A stretch of 64,000 nt of DNA, taken from Dehalococcoidia bacterium (GTDB taxonomy: Bacteria > Chloroflexota > Dehalococcoidia > Lucifugimonadales > SAR202-VII-2). Within the stretch, counting starts at the first letter, position 1, and every line of letters begins with the position of its first letter. Made by a program: the position numbers and the translations under genes. A model generated the notes under the pieces. That model was not told the DNA's origin, ran no database searches, and worked only from the letters and a program-made list of their open reading frames with translations. Location: the NCBI GenBank assembly GCA_965226745.1, contig CBDDDS010000001.1, forward strand, positions 37,536 to 101,535, given 5' to 3'. Shown here in pieces: positions 27,592-37,435 of the stretch.

Positions 27592-28185
27592 GTGGCCCAG
27601 GAGCCAAGCGTCAGGCCAAGCCGGCGTCGCAGATTCACTTTCATAGGCACGCAGGCCGTCTTCTTATACCTCTTCTGGTTGGGCCTCTCCGGACACACGG
27701 ACGCACTGGCTCTTATTATGGGGCTCATCTCGGTTGGGCTTGTCGTCACCCTCACCAGCCATGTCGCGGAGTCCCACCACCCGGTCGGCGCCACGCTACC
27801 CGGCGAGCACCTGGAACGCCTCCAGCCCCTGAGGTTCTTGGTCTATCTCCCCTGGCTTCTATTGCAGATCATCAAGGCCAACATCGACGTGGCCTATCTT
27901 ATCCTTCGCCCACGGTGGCTGAATCCCGTCCTCGTGGAGTTCCGCACCACCCTCCACAGCGAGGCGTCCCAAGTCCTACTGGCGCACTCCATCACCCTGA
28001 CCCCCGGCACCATCACCATCGACGTGCACGAGGGGCGTTACCTCGTCCACGCCATCACCCCGGAATCCGCCGAGTCGCTCCTCCAAGGCGACATGCAGCA
28101 AAGGGTGCAGCGATTGTTCAGCTTGGCCCCGGAGCAGCCCACCGAGGTCAAGGTCACCCGCAACCCCCAAGAGGTGGACGTATGA
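27592..28185 (+). CDS. mnhE: Na+/H+ antiporter subunit E
   Basis: IIKANIDVA, SITLTPGTITID, VHAI. Confidence 0.9.
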   Translation: MAQEPSVRPSRRRRFTFIGTQAVFLYLFWLGLSGHTDALALIMGLISVGLVVTLTSHVAESHHPVGATLPGEHLERLQPLRFLVYLPWLLLQIIKANIDVAYLILRPRWLNPVLVEFRTTLHSEASQVLLAHSITLTPGTITIDVHEGRYLVHAITPESAESLLQGDMQQRVQRLFSLAPEQPTEVKVTRNPQEVDV

Positions 28186-28454
28186 CCACCCTGGTCCTCT
28201 CCCTCGCCGTCCTCCTGGGCTTTCTCATGGCCGCCTCCATGTACCGCCTCATCAAGGGCCCCACAATCTTCGACCGCATGGTCGCGGTCGGCGTGATGGG
28301 CACCAAGTCGTTGCTGTTGCTAGCCTTTGTCGGCTTTCTCTACGGGCGCACCGACGTCTTCGTTGACCTCGCCATCGTCTACGGTCTTCTTAACTTCATT
28401 GGCGCCATCGTTGTTGCCAAGTACTTCGAGCGCCGCGGGGAAGGAGCGCCTTGA
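28182..28454 (+). CDS. mnhF: Na+/H+ antiporter subunit F
   Basis: RLIKGPTIFDRMVA, DLAIVYGLLNFIG. Confidence 0.9.
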   Translation: MTTLVLSLAVLLGFLMAASMYRLIKGPTIFDRMVAVGVMGTKSLLLLAFVGFLYGRTDVFVDLAIVYGLLNFIGAIVVAKYFERRGEGAP

Positions 28455-28783
28455 CTAATATCTTCGCTTCCATTCTGTTGCTGTTGGGCGCCGCCTTCCT
28501 GCTCCTCGCTACGCTTGGCATCGTGCGGCTGCCCGATTTCTTCACGCGGGCCCACGCGATGGGCAAGTCGGAAACCCTGGGGGCAATTCTCATCCTTGTG
28601 GGGCTTGCCATCCTCAACGGCCTCAGCCTGACCAGCTTCAAGCTCGTCTTGATTCTGGTCTTCATAGCCGTCGCTAATCCCGTTGCCACCCATGCCTTGG
28701 TGCGGGCGGCCCTGAGATCCGGAGTGGCCCCGTGGGTGCGCCGCTCAGACCCTGAATTCCCTGATCCCCAAAGCGGGGAGTAG
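28451..28783 (+). CDS. mnhG: Na+/H+ antiporter subunit G
   Basis: GIVRLPDFFTRAHA, NPVATHAL. Confidence 0.92.
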   Translation: MTNIFASILLLLGAAFLLLATLGIVRLPDFFTRAHAMGKSETLGAILILVGLAILNGLSLTSFKLVLILVFIAVANPVATHALVRAALRSGVAPWVRRSDPEFPDPQSGE

Positions 28784-28791
28784 GCGCCGCC

Positions 28792-29037
28792 GTGGCCTGG
28801 CAGCTCGACCTGCTCCTGTTCGTCCTCATCATCGTGGCGGCAATCGTCGCCCTCCGCGTCAGGGACCTCCTTGCCGCCGTGGCGGCGCTGGGGGCCTACA
28901 GCTTCTTCGCCGCCGTCCTCTTTGCCGAAATGGGCGCCGTGGACGTAGCCTTCACCGAGGCAGCCCTCGGCGCCGGAGTCACCACCGTATTGTTCGTCGT
29001 TGCCATCTTCGTAACCCGCAGGAGGTCGGAGGATTGA
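28792..29037 (+). CDS. MrpA C-terminal/DUF4040 (MbhD-like) subunit
   Basis: AVDVAFTEAALGAG. Confidence 0.85.
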   Translation: MAWQLDLLLFVLIIVAAIVALRVRDLLAAVAALGAYSFFAAVLFAEMGAVDVAFTEAALGAGVTTVLFVVAIFVTRRRSED

Positions 29038-29312
29038 GGCGACTGCCGATCCTGATTGTGCTTGCAGCTTTCGCCGCTCTGTTCATCTATGCCGAGGGCG
29101 ATCTCCCCGCGCGCGGCGACGCGCAGGCCCCGGCAAACCAACATGTTTCCCCCTACTACATTGAGCACGCCGAGGAGGAGGTGGAAACCCCCAACCTCGT
29201 CAGCGGGATCCTCGCCGACTACCGCGGCTACGACACCCTCGGTGAAACGGTCGTGATCTTCGCCGCCGGAATGGCCAGTCTTCTCATCCTGACTCGCGGG
29301 GGCCACCGTTGA
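29034..29312 (+). CDS. MbhE-like (MrpA C-terminal) subunit
   Basis: PNLVSGILADYRGYDTLGE. Confidence 0.85.
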   Translation: MRRLPILIVLAAFAALFIYAEGDLPARGDAQAPANQHVSPYYIEHAEEEVETPNLVSGILADYRGYDTLGETVVIFAAGMASLLILTRGGHR

Positions 29313-29740
29313 TCGACCGCTACGACAGCATCATCGTGACCTTCGTCACCCGGCTAATGGTCCCGTTCATTCAGGTGTTCGCCCTCTACGTCATCACCCA
29401 CGGCCACTTCTCCCCGGGAGGTGGATTTCAGGGCGGCGCCATACTCGCCGCCAGCGGCCTTCTTGTCAGGCTCGCGCTCGGCCAGCCCGTCGTGCGCTGG
29501 TTCACCCACGGCCGCATGCGATGGCTCGGCGCCGCGGGACTTCTCATTTTCGCCGGCGTCGGCATAGTGCCGCTATTCTTCGGCAGCGCCTACCTCGACT
29601 ACAGCGGCCTGCCCCTTCCCTTCCTCTCCGGCGCCGCCCTTCGAGCGATGGGCATCCTCATCGTGGAGGTCGGCATAGCCATGGCCGTCCTCGGCATCCT
29701 GCTCACCATCTTCGACCATCTGGTAGGTTGGGAGTGGTGA
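29309..29740 (+). CDS. mnhB: Na+/H+ antiporter subunit B
   Basis: GHFSPGGGFQGG. Confidence 0.9.
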   Translation: MIDRYDSIIVTFVTRLMVPFIQVFALYVITHGHFSPGGGFQGGAILAASGLLVRLALGQPVVRWFTHGRMRWLGAAGLLIFAGVGIVPLFFGSAYLDYSGLPLPFLSGAALRAMGILIVEVGIAMAVLGILLTIFDHLVGWEW

Positions 29741-29900
29741 TGCCGTCAGTACGCTCCATCAGCCGCAGGGCAACGCCGGTCCGCGCCGCCGGGCCCAGCG
29801 CTCCTGGCGCGCCCGCCCAGCAAGACCGTTTGTCAGCGCGGCGGAAGCCACAACGCGCCCCGGGGTGGGACGCGCCTAACCCCCCGGAAAAGGAATAGCC

Positions 29901-30272
29901 ATGTTCGAAGAATTCTTGGCCAGATACGCCTACTGGCTGACCACCGCCCTGCTGGTCATCGGCCTCTACGGGATGGTGGGCAAACGCAACCTCGTGAAGA
30001 AGCTCATCGGCATGAACATCTTCCAGTCCGCCATCATCCTGTTTTTCATCGTCGGCAGCGTCAAGGAAGGCGCCACCGTCCCCATCATCCAGGACGCGAC
30101 CCACGGGGCCATCGACACCGCCGCCTACGTCAATCCCCTTCCCCACGTGCTGATGCTGACCGCCATTGTCGTTAGCGTGGCCATCACGGGCGTCGCCCTG
30201 GCTTTCCTCATCGCTATGCACAAGCATCATGGCACGCTGGAGGAGCAGACCATCCTGGGAGAGATGCAATAA
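29901..30272 (+). CDS. mnhC: Na+/H+ antiporter subunit C
   Basis: NLVKKLIG, NPLPHVLMLTAIVV. Confidence 0.92.
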   Translation: MFEEFLARYAYWLTTALLVIGLYGMVGKRNLVKKLIGMNIFQSAIILFFIVGSVKEGATVPIIQDATHGAIDTAAYVNPLPHVLMLTAIVVSVAITGVALAFLIAMHKHHGTLEEQTILGEMQ

Positions 30273-31741
30273 GCTTCCCCGACCAGCTCCCCATCCTCAT
30301 CCCGGTCGTCCCGCTTCTGGCGGCCTTCCTCGCGTCCGTCCTCGGTTGGTACAGGGCGAGGCTGGCTCATGCTATCACCCTTGCCGCCGTCGGCATCTCC
30401 TTTGCCGCATCCGTGGCCACCCTCGCCGACGTCATCCGCAACGGCGACATCCAGTACCGGCTGGGTGGCTGGGCCCCACCCATCGGCATTGAGGTCTTGA
30501 TCGACCCCCTGTCGGCATTCGTGGCCGTGACCATTACCGCCGTGGCCCTGGTGGTCCTGATCCCCTCGCGCCAGCTCATGGCCGACGAGCTGCCCAACGG
30601 CGGCGGCGGGCCCTTCGCCAGCGTCGTGCTGCTCCTCATGGCCGGACTGACCGGCATCGTCATCACCGGCGACCTGTTCAACCTCTTCGTCTTCCTGGAG
30701 ATTTCGTCCCTGGCAGCCTATGCCCTCGTGGCGATCGGAGGCGGCAAGGCAACCGTTTCCGGCTTCAGGTACCTGATCCTCGGCACAGTGGGCGGTTCCT
30801 TCTATCTGCTGGGCGTTGGCTTCATCTATTTCATGACCGGCACACTCAACATGGCCGACGCCGCCCGGCTCCTCCCCGAGGTGCAGGACACCACCACGGT
30901 CGTCGCGGCGGTGGTGCTCATCACTCTGGGCCTTGGCCTCAAAATGGCCCTCTTTCCCCTCCACCAATGGCTCCCCGACGCCTACACCTACGCCCCCTCG
31001 CCGGTGACCGCCCTCATCGCTCCCATCATGACCAAGGTGTACGCCTACTCCCTGATCCGCATGTACCTCTCCGTCTTTCCGCCCGGCTATATCACCGACA
31101 TTGTGCCCATTTCGACAGTGCTGGTGATCCTGGGCATGATTGGCATCCTCTTTGGGTCCGTCATGGCCTTCGCGCAGCAGGACATCCGCCGTATGCTGGC
31201 CTACAGTAGCATCAGCCAGCTCGCCTTCATCGCCCTGGGCATTGGGCTGGCCAACTCCCTCGCCCTCATTGGGGCTGTGCTGCACATCCTGAACCACGCC
31301 GTCATGAAGGCCTGTCTATTCCTGGCCGTCGGTTCCATCCGCAGCCAGGCCGGCGTCGTATCCGTCGCCCAGATCGGGGGACTGGGCAGGCGCATGCCGC
31401 TGACGATGGGCGCCTTCACCGTCGGCGCACTGTCCATGATCGGCGTGCCCCCAAGCAGCGGCTTCTTCAGCAAGTGGTACCTCGTCCAGGGAGGCATCGC
31501 CGCCTCCAACTGGGTAGCCGTGGCCGTCATCCTTGCCAGCAGCCTTCTCACGGCCGTCTATTTCTTTCGAGTCCTCGAGCGCGTCTACTTCGCCGCTCCC
31601 GACCGCGCGGAAACCGGCGAAGTCAAGGAGGCGCCGCCCGTCGTCGTCATACCCATCTGGCTCTTTGCCGTTGCCATGGTCGGGCTCGGCATCGTGAACG
31701 CATTCATCGTGACTACCATTTTGGAGAGGGCCATCGGATAG
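30269..31741 (+). CDS. mnhD: Na+/H+ antiporter subunit D (first paralogue); start uncertain, possibly ATA at 30269
   Basis: GGWAPPIGIE, DLFNLFVFLE, FPLHQWLPDAY, LAYSSISQ; frame extends upstream of 30413 with a hydrophobic N-terminus. Confidence 0.88.
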   Translation: MSFPDQLPILIPVVPLLAAFLASVLGWYRARLAHAITLAAVGISFAASVATLADVIRNGDIQYRLGGWAPPIGIEVLIDPLSAFVAVTITAVALVVLIPSRQLMADELPNGGGGPFASVVLLLMAGLTGIVITGDLFNLFVFLEISSLAAYALVAIGGGKATVSGFRYLILGTVGGSFYLLGVGFIYFMTGTLNMADAARLLPEVQDTTTVVAAVVLITLGLGLKMALFPLHQWLPDAYTYAPSPVTALIAPIMTKVYAYSLIRMYLSVFPPGYITDIVPISTVLVILGMIGILFGSVMAFAQQDIRRMLAYSSISQLAFIALGIGLANSLALIGAVLHILNHAVMKACLFLAVGSIRSQAGVVSVAQIGGLGRRMPLTMGAFTVGALSMIGVPPSSGFFSKWYLVQGGIAASNWVAVAVILASSLLTAVYFFRVLERVYFAAPDRAETGEVKEAPPVVVIPIWLFAVAMVGLGIVNAFIVTTILERAIG

Positions 31742-31791
31742 AACCCGCCCAGCCTGCACAGCCCCAGGCCGGGCCGCCAATCCGCAACGAC

Positions 31792-33276
31792 ATGCCGTAT
31801 ACATCCTGGATACCCTTCGCAGCGGTGGCCGTCCCCCTCGTGGTGGCGGTGCCCATCGTTCTATTCGGACGGCGACCCAACCTCCGGGAGGCGTGGACCC
31901 TGGCAGCCGCCTTCGCGACCGTCGGCCTGGTTGCGTCAATGCTGCCCCGCGTCCTAGCCGGCGACATTCCGGAGCTGGAGCTGTTCCAGATCTCGCCGGC
32001 CATTCCCATTGCCCTGCGGGCCGACCCCCTAGGCATCTTCTTTGCCCTCGTGTCGTCCTCCCTATGGGTGCTGACGTCCTTCTACTCCATCGGCTACATG
32101 CGCGGCCACCACGAGCACAAGCAGACGCGCTATTATGCCAGCTTCGCCATCACGATGTCGTCGGCCATCGGACTGGCGCTATCGGCCAATCTGCTGACCT
32201 TCCTGCTCTTCTTCGAGATCCTCACCTTCGCCACTTACCCGCTCGTCATCCACCGGGAAACCCCCGAGGCCATTGCCGGCGGCCGCAAATACCTCGCCTA
32301 CACGATGACCGGCGGCGTGGCCCTGATGGGAGCGACGGCGTGGACGTATCTGCTGGTGGGGACGCTGGACTTCCAGCCCGGCGGGATCCTGAACCTGGAT
32401 ATACCTACGGCCCAGTTGTGGGGTCTCCTGTTCCTGTTCTCCCTCGGCGTCGGGGTTAAGGCCGGCGTCATGCCCCTCCATAGCTGGCTGCCCACCGCAA
32501 TGGTCGCTCCCACGCCGGTCAGCGCCCTGCTTCACGCCGTCGCCGTCGTCAAGGCCGGCGTCTTCGGATTTCTGAGAGTCATCGGGTTTGTCTTCGGAAC
32601 GGGCGTACTTCTGGACACCGGCGCCTGGCAGGCGCTGGCAATCCTTGCCAGCTTCACCATCGTCGCCGGGTCCCTCCTGGCGCTGGGGCAGGACCACCTC
32701 AAGCGGCGGCTCGCCTACTCTACGGTAAGCCACCTTTCCTACATTGTGCTTGGCGCCGCCCTTCTCGGCACCACGGCCTGGATGGGCGCCGTCCTTCATC
32801 TTGCAGCCCACGCCGTTATGAAGATCACCCTGTTCTTCTGCGCTGGCGCCATCGACGTCAAGACCGGGCGGACGCACGTGAGCCAGTTGGACGGCATTGG
32901 ACGGCAGATGCCCATTACCCTCGGCGCCTTCGCCCTGGCCTCGCTCGGTATGGCCGGCCTGCCTCCCATCATCGGCTTTGTCAGCAAATGGCACCTGGCG
33001 CTCGGCGTCACCGAGGCCGGCTACCCTGTCTTCATGACCTTCCTGCTCATAAGCGGACTGCTGAACATGGCCTACCTCTTTCCCGTTGTGTACAGGGCGT
33101 TCATGGCGCGGTCTCCCAGCTTCAGCCGCTTCGACGAAGCATCCTGGTTCATGGTGGTCCCGCTGGCCATCACCGGCGTGTTCTCGGTGGTGCTGGGCAT
33201 CGTCCCCAACGCGCCTCTACAACTCTTTCGCCTCGCCTCGGTCATCGCCCGCAGCGTAACTGGAGGCGGCGGATGA
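31792..33276 (+). CDS. MrpD/NuoL-M-like proton-conducting subunit (second paralogue)
   Basis: FYSIGYM, PLHSWLPTAMVAPTPVSALLHAVAVVKAG, RLAYSTVSHLSY. Confidence 0.9.
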   Translation: MPYTSWIPFAAVAVPLVVAVPIVLFGRRPNLREAWTLAAAFATVGLVASMLPRVLAGDIPELELFQISPAIPIALRADPLGIFFALVSSSLWVLTSFYSIGYMRGHHEHKQTRYYASFAITMSSAIGLALSANLLTFLLFFEILTFATYPLVIHRETPEAIAGGRKYLAYTMTGGVALMGATAWTYLLVGTLDFQPGGILNLDIPTAQLWGLLFLFSLGVGVKAGVMPLHSWLPTAMVAPTPVSALLHAVAVVKAGVFGFLRVIGFVFGTGVLLDTGAWQALAILASFTIVAGSLLALGQDHLKRRLAYSTVSHLSYIVLGAALLGTTAWMGAVLHLAAHAVMKITLFFCAGAIDVKTGRTHVSQLDGIGRQMPITLGAFALASLGMAGLPPIIGFVSKWHLALGVTEAGYPVFMTFLLISGLLNMAYLFPVVYRAFMARSPSFSRFDEASWFMVVPLAITGVFSVVLGIVPNAPLQLFRLASVIARSVTGGGG

Positions 33277-33491
33277 CGCTCAACCGCCTGGTTGCAACCC
33301 TCGCCGCCCTTACCAGTCTGGCCGTCGTCGTGGAGTTCTTCGTCTCCCTCAGCGAGCACACGGAGGGGCACTCCCTCTACTTCATCGGTCTGTTCGCCTT
33401 GGTCAGCGTTGCGGCTGCGCTCGTCCTGATCGTCGCCGCCAAGCTCCTCGGGCGCTTTTGGCTGGACCGCCCAGAGGACTACTATGACTAG
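33273..33491 (+). CDS. Small two-TM protein of the mrp cluster
   Basis: ATGA-type coupling on both sides; ends L.RPEDYYD. Confidence 0.7.
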   Translation: MTLNRLVATLAALTSLAVVVEFFVSLSEHTEGHSLYFIGLFALVSVAAALVLIVAAKLLGRFWLDRPEDYYD

Positions 33492-35253
33492 CATTCCTCC
33501 AGGCATGATCCTCATCGCGGGGGCTGCCCTGCTTCCCTTGGTTCCCGCGCGCCTCCGCTCGACATTGTGCGTCGTCCTGCCTGCCTTGGCCTTGTTCCTG
33601 TTGCTCTTCTACGGCCGCGACCTCAGCGCGTCGATGTCCTTCCTCCATTACCAGCTCCAGCCCGTAACCGCCGGAAACGCACTGAGCATCCCTTTCGGCT
33701 ACGTGATGGCCATCATGGCCTTCATCGGCGCACTGTACGCCTTCCACTTGAAGGATATTCGCCAGCAGATCGCCTCGCTGCTCTACGCCGGTTCCTCGTT
33801 GGGCGTCGTTTTTGCCGGCGACCTCTTCACCCTTTTCGTGTTCTGGGAAATAATGGCCGTCGCCTCGGCCTACCTCATCTTTGCACGCGCCACCGAGAAC
33901 TCCCGCGGCGCAGGTTGGCGCTATCTGTGGGTGCACCTCGCGGGGAGCGCCGTTCTCATGGCCGGCATCATGCTGCACATCGCCGACGCCGGTTCCATTG
34001 AGTTCGGCCTGTTCGATCCGGCCCAAAAGACAGCGGGCGGATGGCTGATCCTGATTGGCTTTGCCGTCAACGCGGCCATCCCACCCCTCCACGCCTGGCT
34101 CTCCGACGCCTATCCCGAAGCGACGGTGACCGGCTCCGTCTTCCTCAGCGCCTTCACGACCAAGACCGCAGTCTACGTCCTCGCCGTGGGCTTTGCAGGC
34201 TGGGAGCTGCTCGTCTGGGCGGGCGTGGCCATGGCCCTCTACGGCGTCATCTACGCCATGCTGGCCAACGACATTCGGCGCCTGCTGGCCTATCACATCA
34301 TCAGCCAGGTGGGTTACATGGTTGCCGCCGTGGGCATAGGAACTGAATTGGCCGTCAACGGAGCGACGGCCCACGCCTTCGCCCACATCATTTACAAGGG
34401 ACTCATGTTCATGGGCGCCGGCGCCGTCCTCCATACTGTGGGCACGGCCAGGGCATCCGAGCTCGGCGGCTTGGCGCGGTTCATGCCTGCGGTGATGGTG
34501 CTGTATATGGTCGGCGCCGTGTCCATCTCGGGGTTCCCGCTGTTCAGCGGTTTCGTCAGCAAGTCGATGGTCATAGGCGCCGCCATCGAGGACCATCGCA
34601 ACCTGGTGGGCATCCTTCTCAACGTCGCTTCAGTGGGCACGTTCCTCAGCACGGGGCTCAAGCTGCCATATTTCACATGGTTCGGACGAAACCGAGGCGC
34701 TGCCATGACCCGAGGCGTTCCCCTGGGCATGTACGCCGGCATGGCGGCAGCAGCAGGGCTGTGCCTTGCCATTGGCGTCTATCCCACGATGCTCTACAAG
34801 TTGCTCCCTTTCACCGTGGACTATACGCCCTATACTGCGGCGCACCTGGTGGAGACCGCCCAGATTCTCTTGGGCACTGCGGTGGTCTTCTACCTGCTCA
34901 TCCGAGTCCTTCAGCCCCACGAGGGAACCGCCCTCGACGTCGATTGGGTCTATAGGAAAGGCGCCAGGCCAGCCTACGCCGCTCTGGTCGAAGGTCCGGC
35001 TTGGGTCCTCACCCATATCGAGGCGATGGCGGTCAGCGCGGTCAGCGCCCTCACCAGGCTGGCCAGCAATCCCGTAGCCTATTTCCCGCAGGTGGCCCGC
35101 CGGCTCGGTATCGAAAGCTCCGCCTTGGAAGGGGACGGCGTCTCCGCGCCGCCCTTCAACCCCGACCGCTACCGGCTGTCGGTTGGGCTCGGCGTAGCGC
35201 TGGTGCTGTTGGCCTTTGTAGCCGTCGCGTTCTGGGCGCTCGTGGCGCTGTAG
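33484..35253 (+). CDS. Na+/H+ antiporter subunit D-like (third paralogue)
   Basis: PPLHAWLSDAYPEAT, SAFTTKTAVY, LAYHIISQVGYM. Confidence 0.9.
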   Translation: MTSIPPGMILIAGAALLPLVPARLRSTLCVVLPALALFLLLFYGRDLSASMSFLHYQLQPVTAGNALSIPFGYVMAIMAFIGALYAFHLKDIRQQIASLLYAGSSLGVVFAGDLFTLFVFWEIMAVASAYLIFARATENSRGAGWRYLWVHLAGSAVLMAGIMLHIADAGSIEFGLFDPAQKTAGGWLILIGFAVNAAIPPLHAWLSDAYPEATVTGSVFLSAFTTKTAVYVLAVGFAGWELLVWAGVAMALYGVIYAMLANDIRRLLAYHIISQVGYMVAAVGIGTELAVNGATAHAFAHIIYKGLMFMGAGAVLHTVGTARASELGGLARFMPAVMVLYMVGAVSISGFPLFSGFVSKSMVIGAAIEDHRNLVGILLNVASVGTFLSTGLKLPYFTWFGRNRGAAMTRGVPLGMYAGMAAAAGLCLAIGVYPTMLYKLLPFTVDYTPYTAAHLVETAQILLGTAVVFYLLIRVLQPHEGTALDVDWVYRKGARPAYAALVEGPAWVLTHIEAMAVSAVSALTRLASNPVAYFPQVARRLGIESSALEGDGVSAPPFNPDRYRLSVGLGVALVLLAFVAVAFWALVAL

Positions 35254-35395
35254 CGCCCTGCCCTCGCGAGTCAACTTATCAGGCGGCCTCCGCCTACGGG
35301 AACCACCCCACGGCGGAGCAGACAGGGCAAGCGGGCAGTCGAACCACGCCCGCCGCTTTACGCCCTTTCCTTCCTACGCTATAGTTTCAACGTAT

Positions 35396-35470
35396 GCCCT
35401 CGTAGCTCAGGGGATAGAGTGCTGGCCTCCGGAGCCAGAGACGGGAGTTCGAGTCTCCCCGGGGGTACCA
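35396..35470 (+). tRNA. tRNA-Arg(CCG)
   Basis: Acceptor GCCCTCG/CGGGGGT, anticodon arm CTGGC-CTCCGGA-GCCAG, T-loop GTTCGAG, encoded CCA. Confidence 0.95.
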
Positions 35471-35725
35471 CATACCTGACTGTAGACAGAACCGGGCTTC
35501 GGAGAGCCGCCTCTCGAGCCTCCCGCCTCTAATGGAACTGTCTTCAGGCGTAGGGAGGATGTAGCGGATCGTCGCTTTCCCGGGCCTAACCTTGATCTCC
35601 TTCACGAACGACCGGATGAATGCCTTGGACTCCGTGAGTTCGCTGGTCACAAGGAAGCCGCTCATGTCCTATGCGTAGGCCGTGATGGTTTCCACAGCGT
35701 GTAGGATCACCCTGCGCACCGAGAG
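35471..35725 (-). pseudogene. C-terminal remnant of a large serine recombinase abutting the tRNA 3' end
   Basis: LSVRRVIL..VETITAYA*DMSGFL..SELTESKAFIRSFVKEIKV.PG.ATIRY; internal TAG at 35669-35671; family assignment from recalled C-terminal pattern. Confidence 0.6.
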
Positions 35726-36080
35726 CGCCGCTTGCCATGTGACACAGCGCCTCCCACGCAACTATAAGACCCAGTTGAGCAGATCACTGTCGCCGGCAAC
35801 GCCATCTTTCCTTCGACTGTAAGTCTTCGACCTGCCCCCTTACGAAGAGCAGACGCCGTTCTCCGAGGTGGACTGCCAAAGAGATGATCGTAGGCAATCG
35901 CCGTCTGTCTATCAACGGGGCAGGCCGCGAGGAGGCTCCGGAGCCGCAGCAGTCGCTATTCGCCTGAGCGGAGTTCATAGCCGAAGATCCTGCCCGTTCT
36001 TCCAGCTCTTCCTCACGAGCCTTCAGTTTCTCGTAGCAGCTCGTTCTTAGACACTCCAGCCTCAGCTCTTCAACATCCTG

Positions 36081-36425
36081 CTAAGGTCGGCGCGTTCGAT
36101 CCTCAGCGGCAGCAATATCCGTCTGGATGGACATAAACTGGTCGAATCCGATTATCTCGAAAACTTGCCTTATATATGGTCTAAGGGCGCAGATGTGGAG
36201 GTTGCGGTTCTCCTTTTTGAGGTCCTGCCACAGACGCAAAAACGCCCGTAGGCCCACGGAGCTGATATGGGTCACCGCCGAGGCGTCTATGATGACGTCT
36301 TGATCGGTGCCCGCAAAGGCGCGCCTTGCATGGGCCTCGAACACGTCAGCGGTGAGAACGTTGATGCGTCCCCGAGCTTGCAGCAGACGCGCGGGGCCGT
36401 TGAACTCGACAAACTCGACCATCAT
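36081..36425 (-). CDS. STAS-domain anti-sigma factor antagonist
   Basis: GRINV, IIDASAVTHISSVGLR, VFEIIGFD. Confidence 0.88.
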   Translation of the reverse strand: MMVEFVEFNGPARLLQARGRINVLTADVFEAHARRAFAGTDQDVIIDASAVTHISSVGLRAFLRLWQDLKKENRNLHICALRPYIRQVFEIIGFDQFMSIQTDIAAAEDRTRRP

Positions 36426-37040
36426 GATGTGCTTCCTTCCATAGCGGCGCCCCCGATCTTAGCATGTGCAGGATACGCACGGACGCTCGCGTACGCAACC
36501 GCCGCCGGACTCTATGTGAAGCAGCTAGTCACATGGGCAGCGAAAGACACCCAGAACACGCGTCAGCACTCCCGGTGCCCCGTGTATGGTGCGTCGGGAA
36601 GCTGGATGGACACTGGTCCTTGAGGAACCCCAGAGCCATGGCCTACACGAGTCTTGCCGGTGTCGCTGTTCCTAATGGCGATGACATTCTCTTGCCGGTC
36701 TGCATACTCGTGATCTTCTCCCGATATTTGCACCACCTGCCATATTACTCCGACAAGCATGGGGACCAGGTCGGTGGGCAGGAAGGTCTCCGGTGCGGGC
36801 GGCCTGTAACCGAGCGAGCTGCGAGGCCTGATGCGGTTGTACGTCTGCCAGTGATACTGTCCACCCTATCGGAGTTGTCATGCGCCGCTGTTTGCCGTCT
36901 CATCCAAGGCCGCAGCCCAGGAATACCTCAGAGTTTCGTCGCTATTGCCTATCACGCATGAAGGAAGCTGGTTAGGCAATACCACCTACTCCCTATCAGT
37001 GGACATGTGCGCGGTTGAGCCTAGGAAGCGGGGCGGGGGA

Positions 37041-37334
37041 TTACGCGGCCGGGTCCTTGCGAGGCCTGCCGCGGCGCCGGCCTTCCGACGCCAGGAAGTA
37101 GACGGCGCTGGCGGAACGGCGGACATCCAGGTTCTTGCCCAGCACTTCCGCCGCCGCGGTGAGCCTGCGCCGAATCGCCTGCGTCCTCTCGCCCTCTCCA
37201 GGCGCCCGCATCCCCGCTTGCCCCGGAGCGACGCGTTGGACGTACCCGGCGTATTCCTAGAGCAGCGCCGCGCGCTTGCCCGTTGCGCCTTTCGCGCGTG
37301 CTTCGCCTATCGGAAGAGTGCCAAACGTGGGCAT
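37041..37334 (-). pseudogene. Small AT-hook-tailed protein interrupted by an in-frame TAG
   Basis: AGGAGG RBS; MPTFGTLPIGEARAKGATGKRAALL*EYAGYVQR...VYFLASEGRRRGRPRKDPAA; TAG at 37257-37259. Confidence 0.6.
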
Positions 37335-37435
37335 CCCGTCTTCCTCCTAGCGCCAGCGGCTGCGCCGGGCAGCCGCCCTCTGAGCGGGCTCCCCACATAC
37401 CGCCTCTCTGCCCTTTGGTTACTCCTCAGTGCGGA

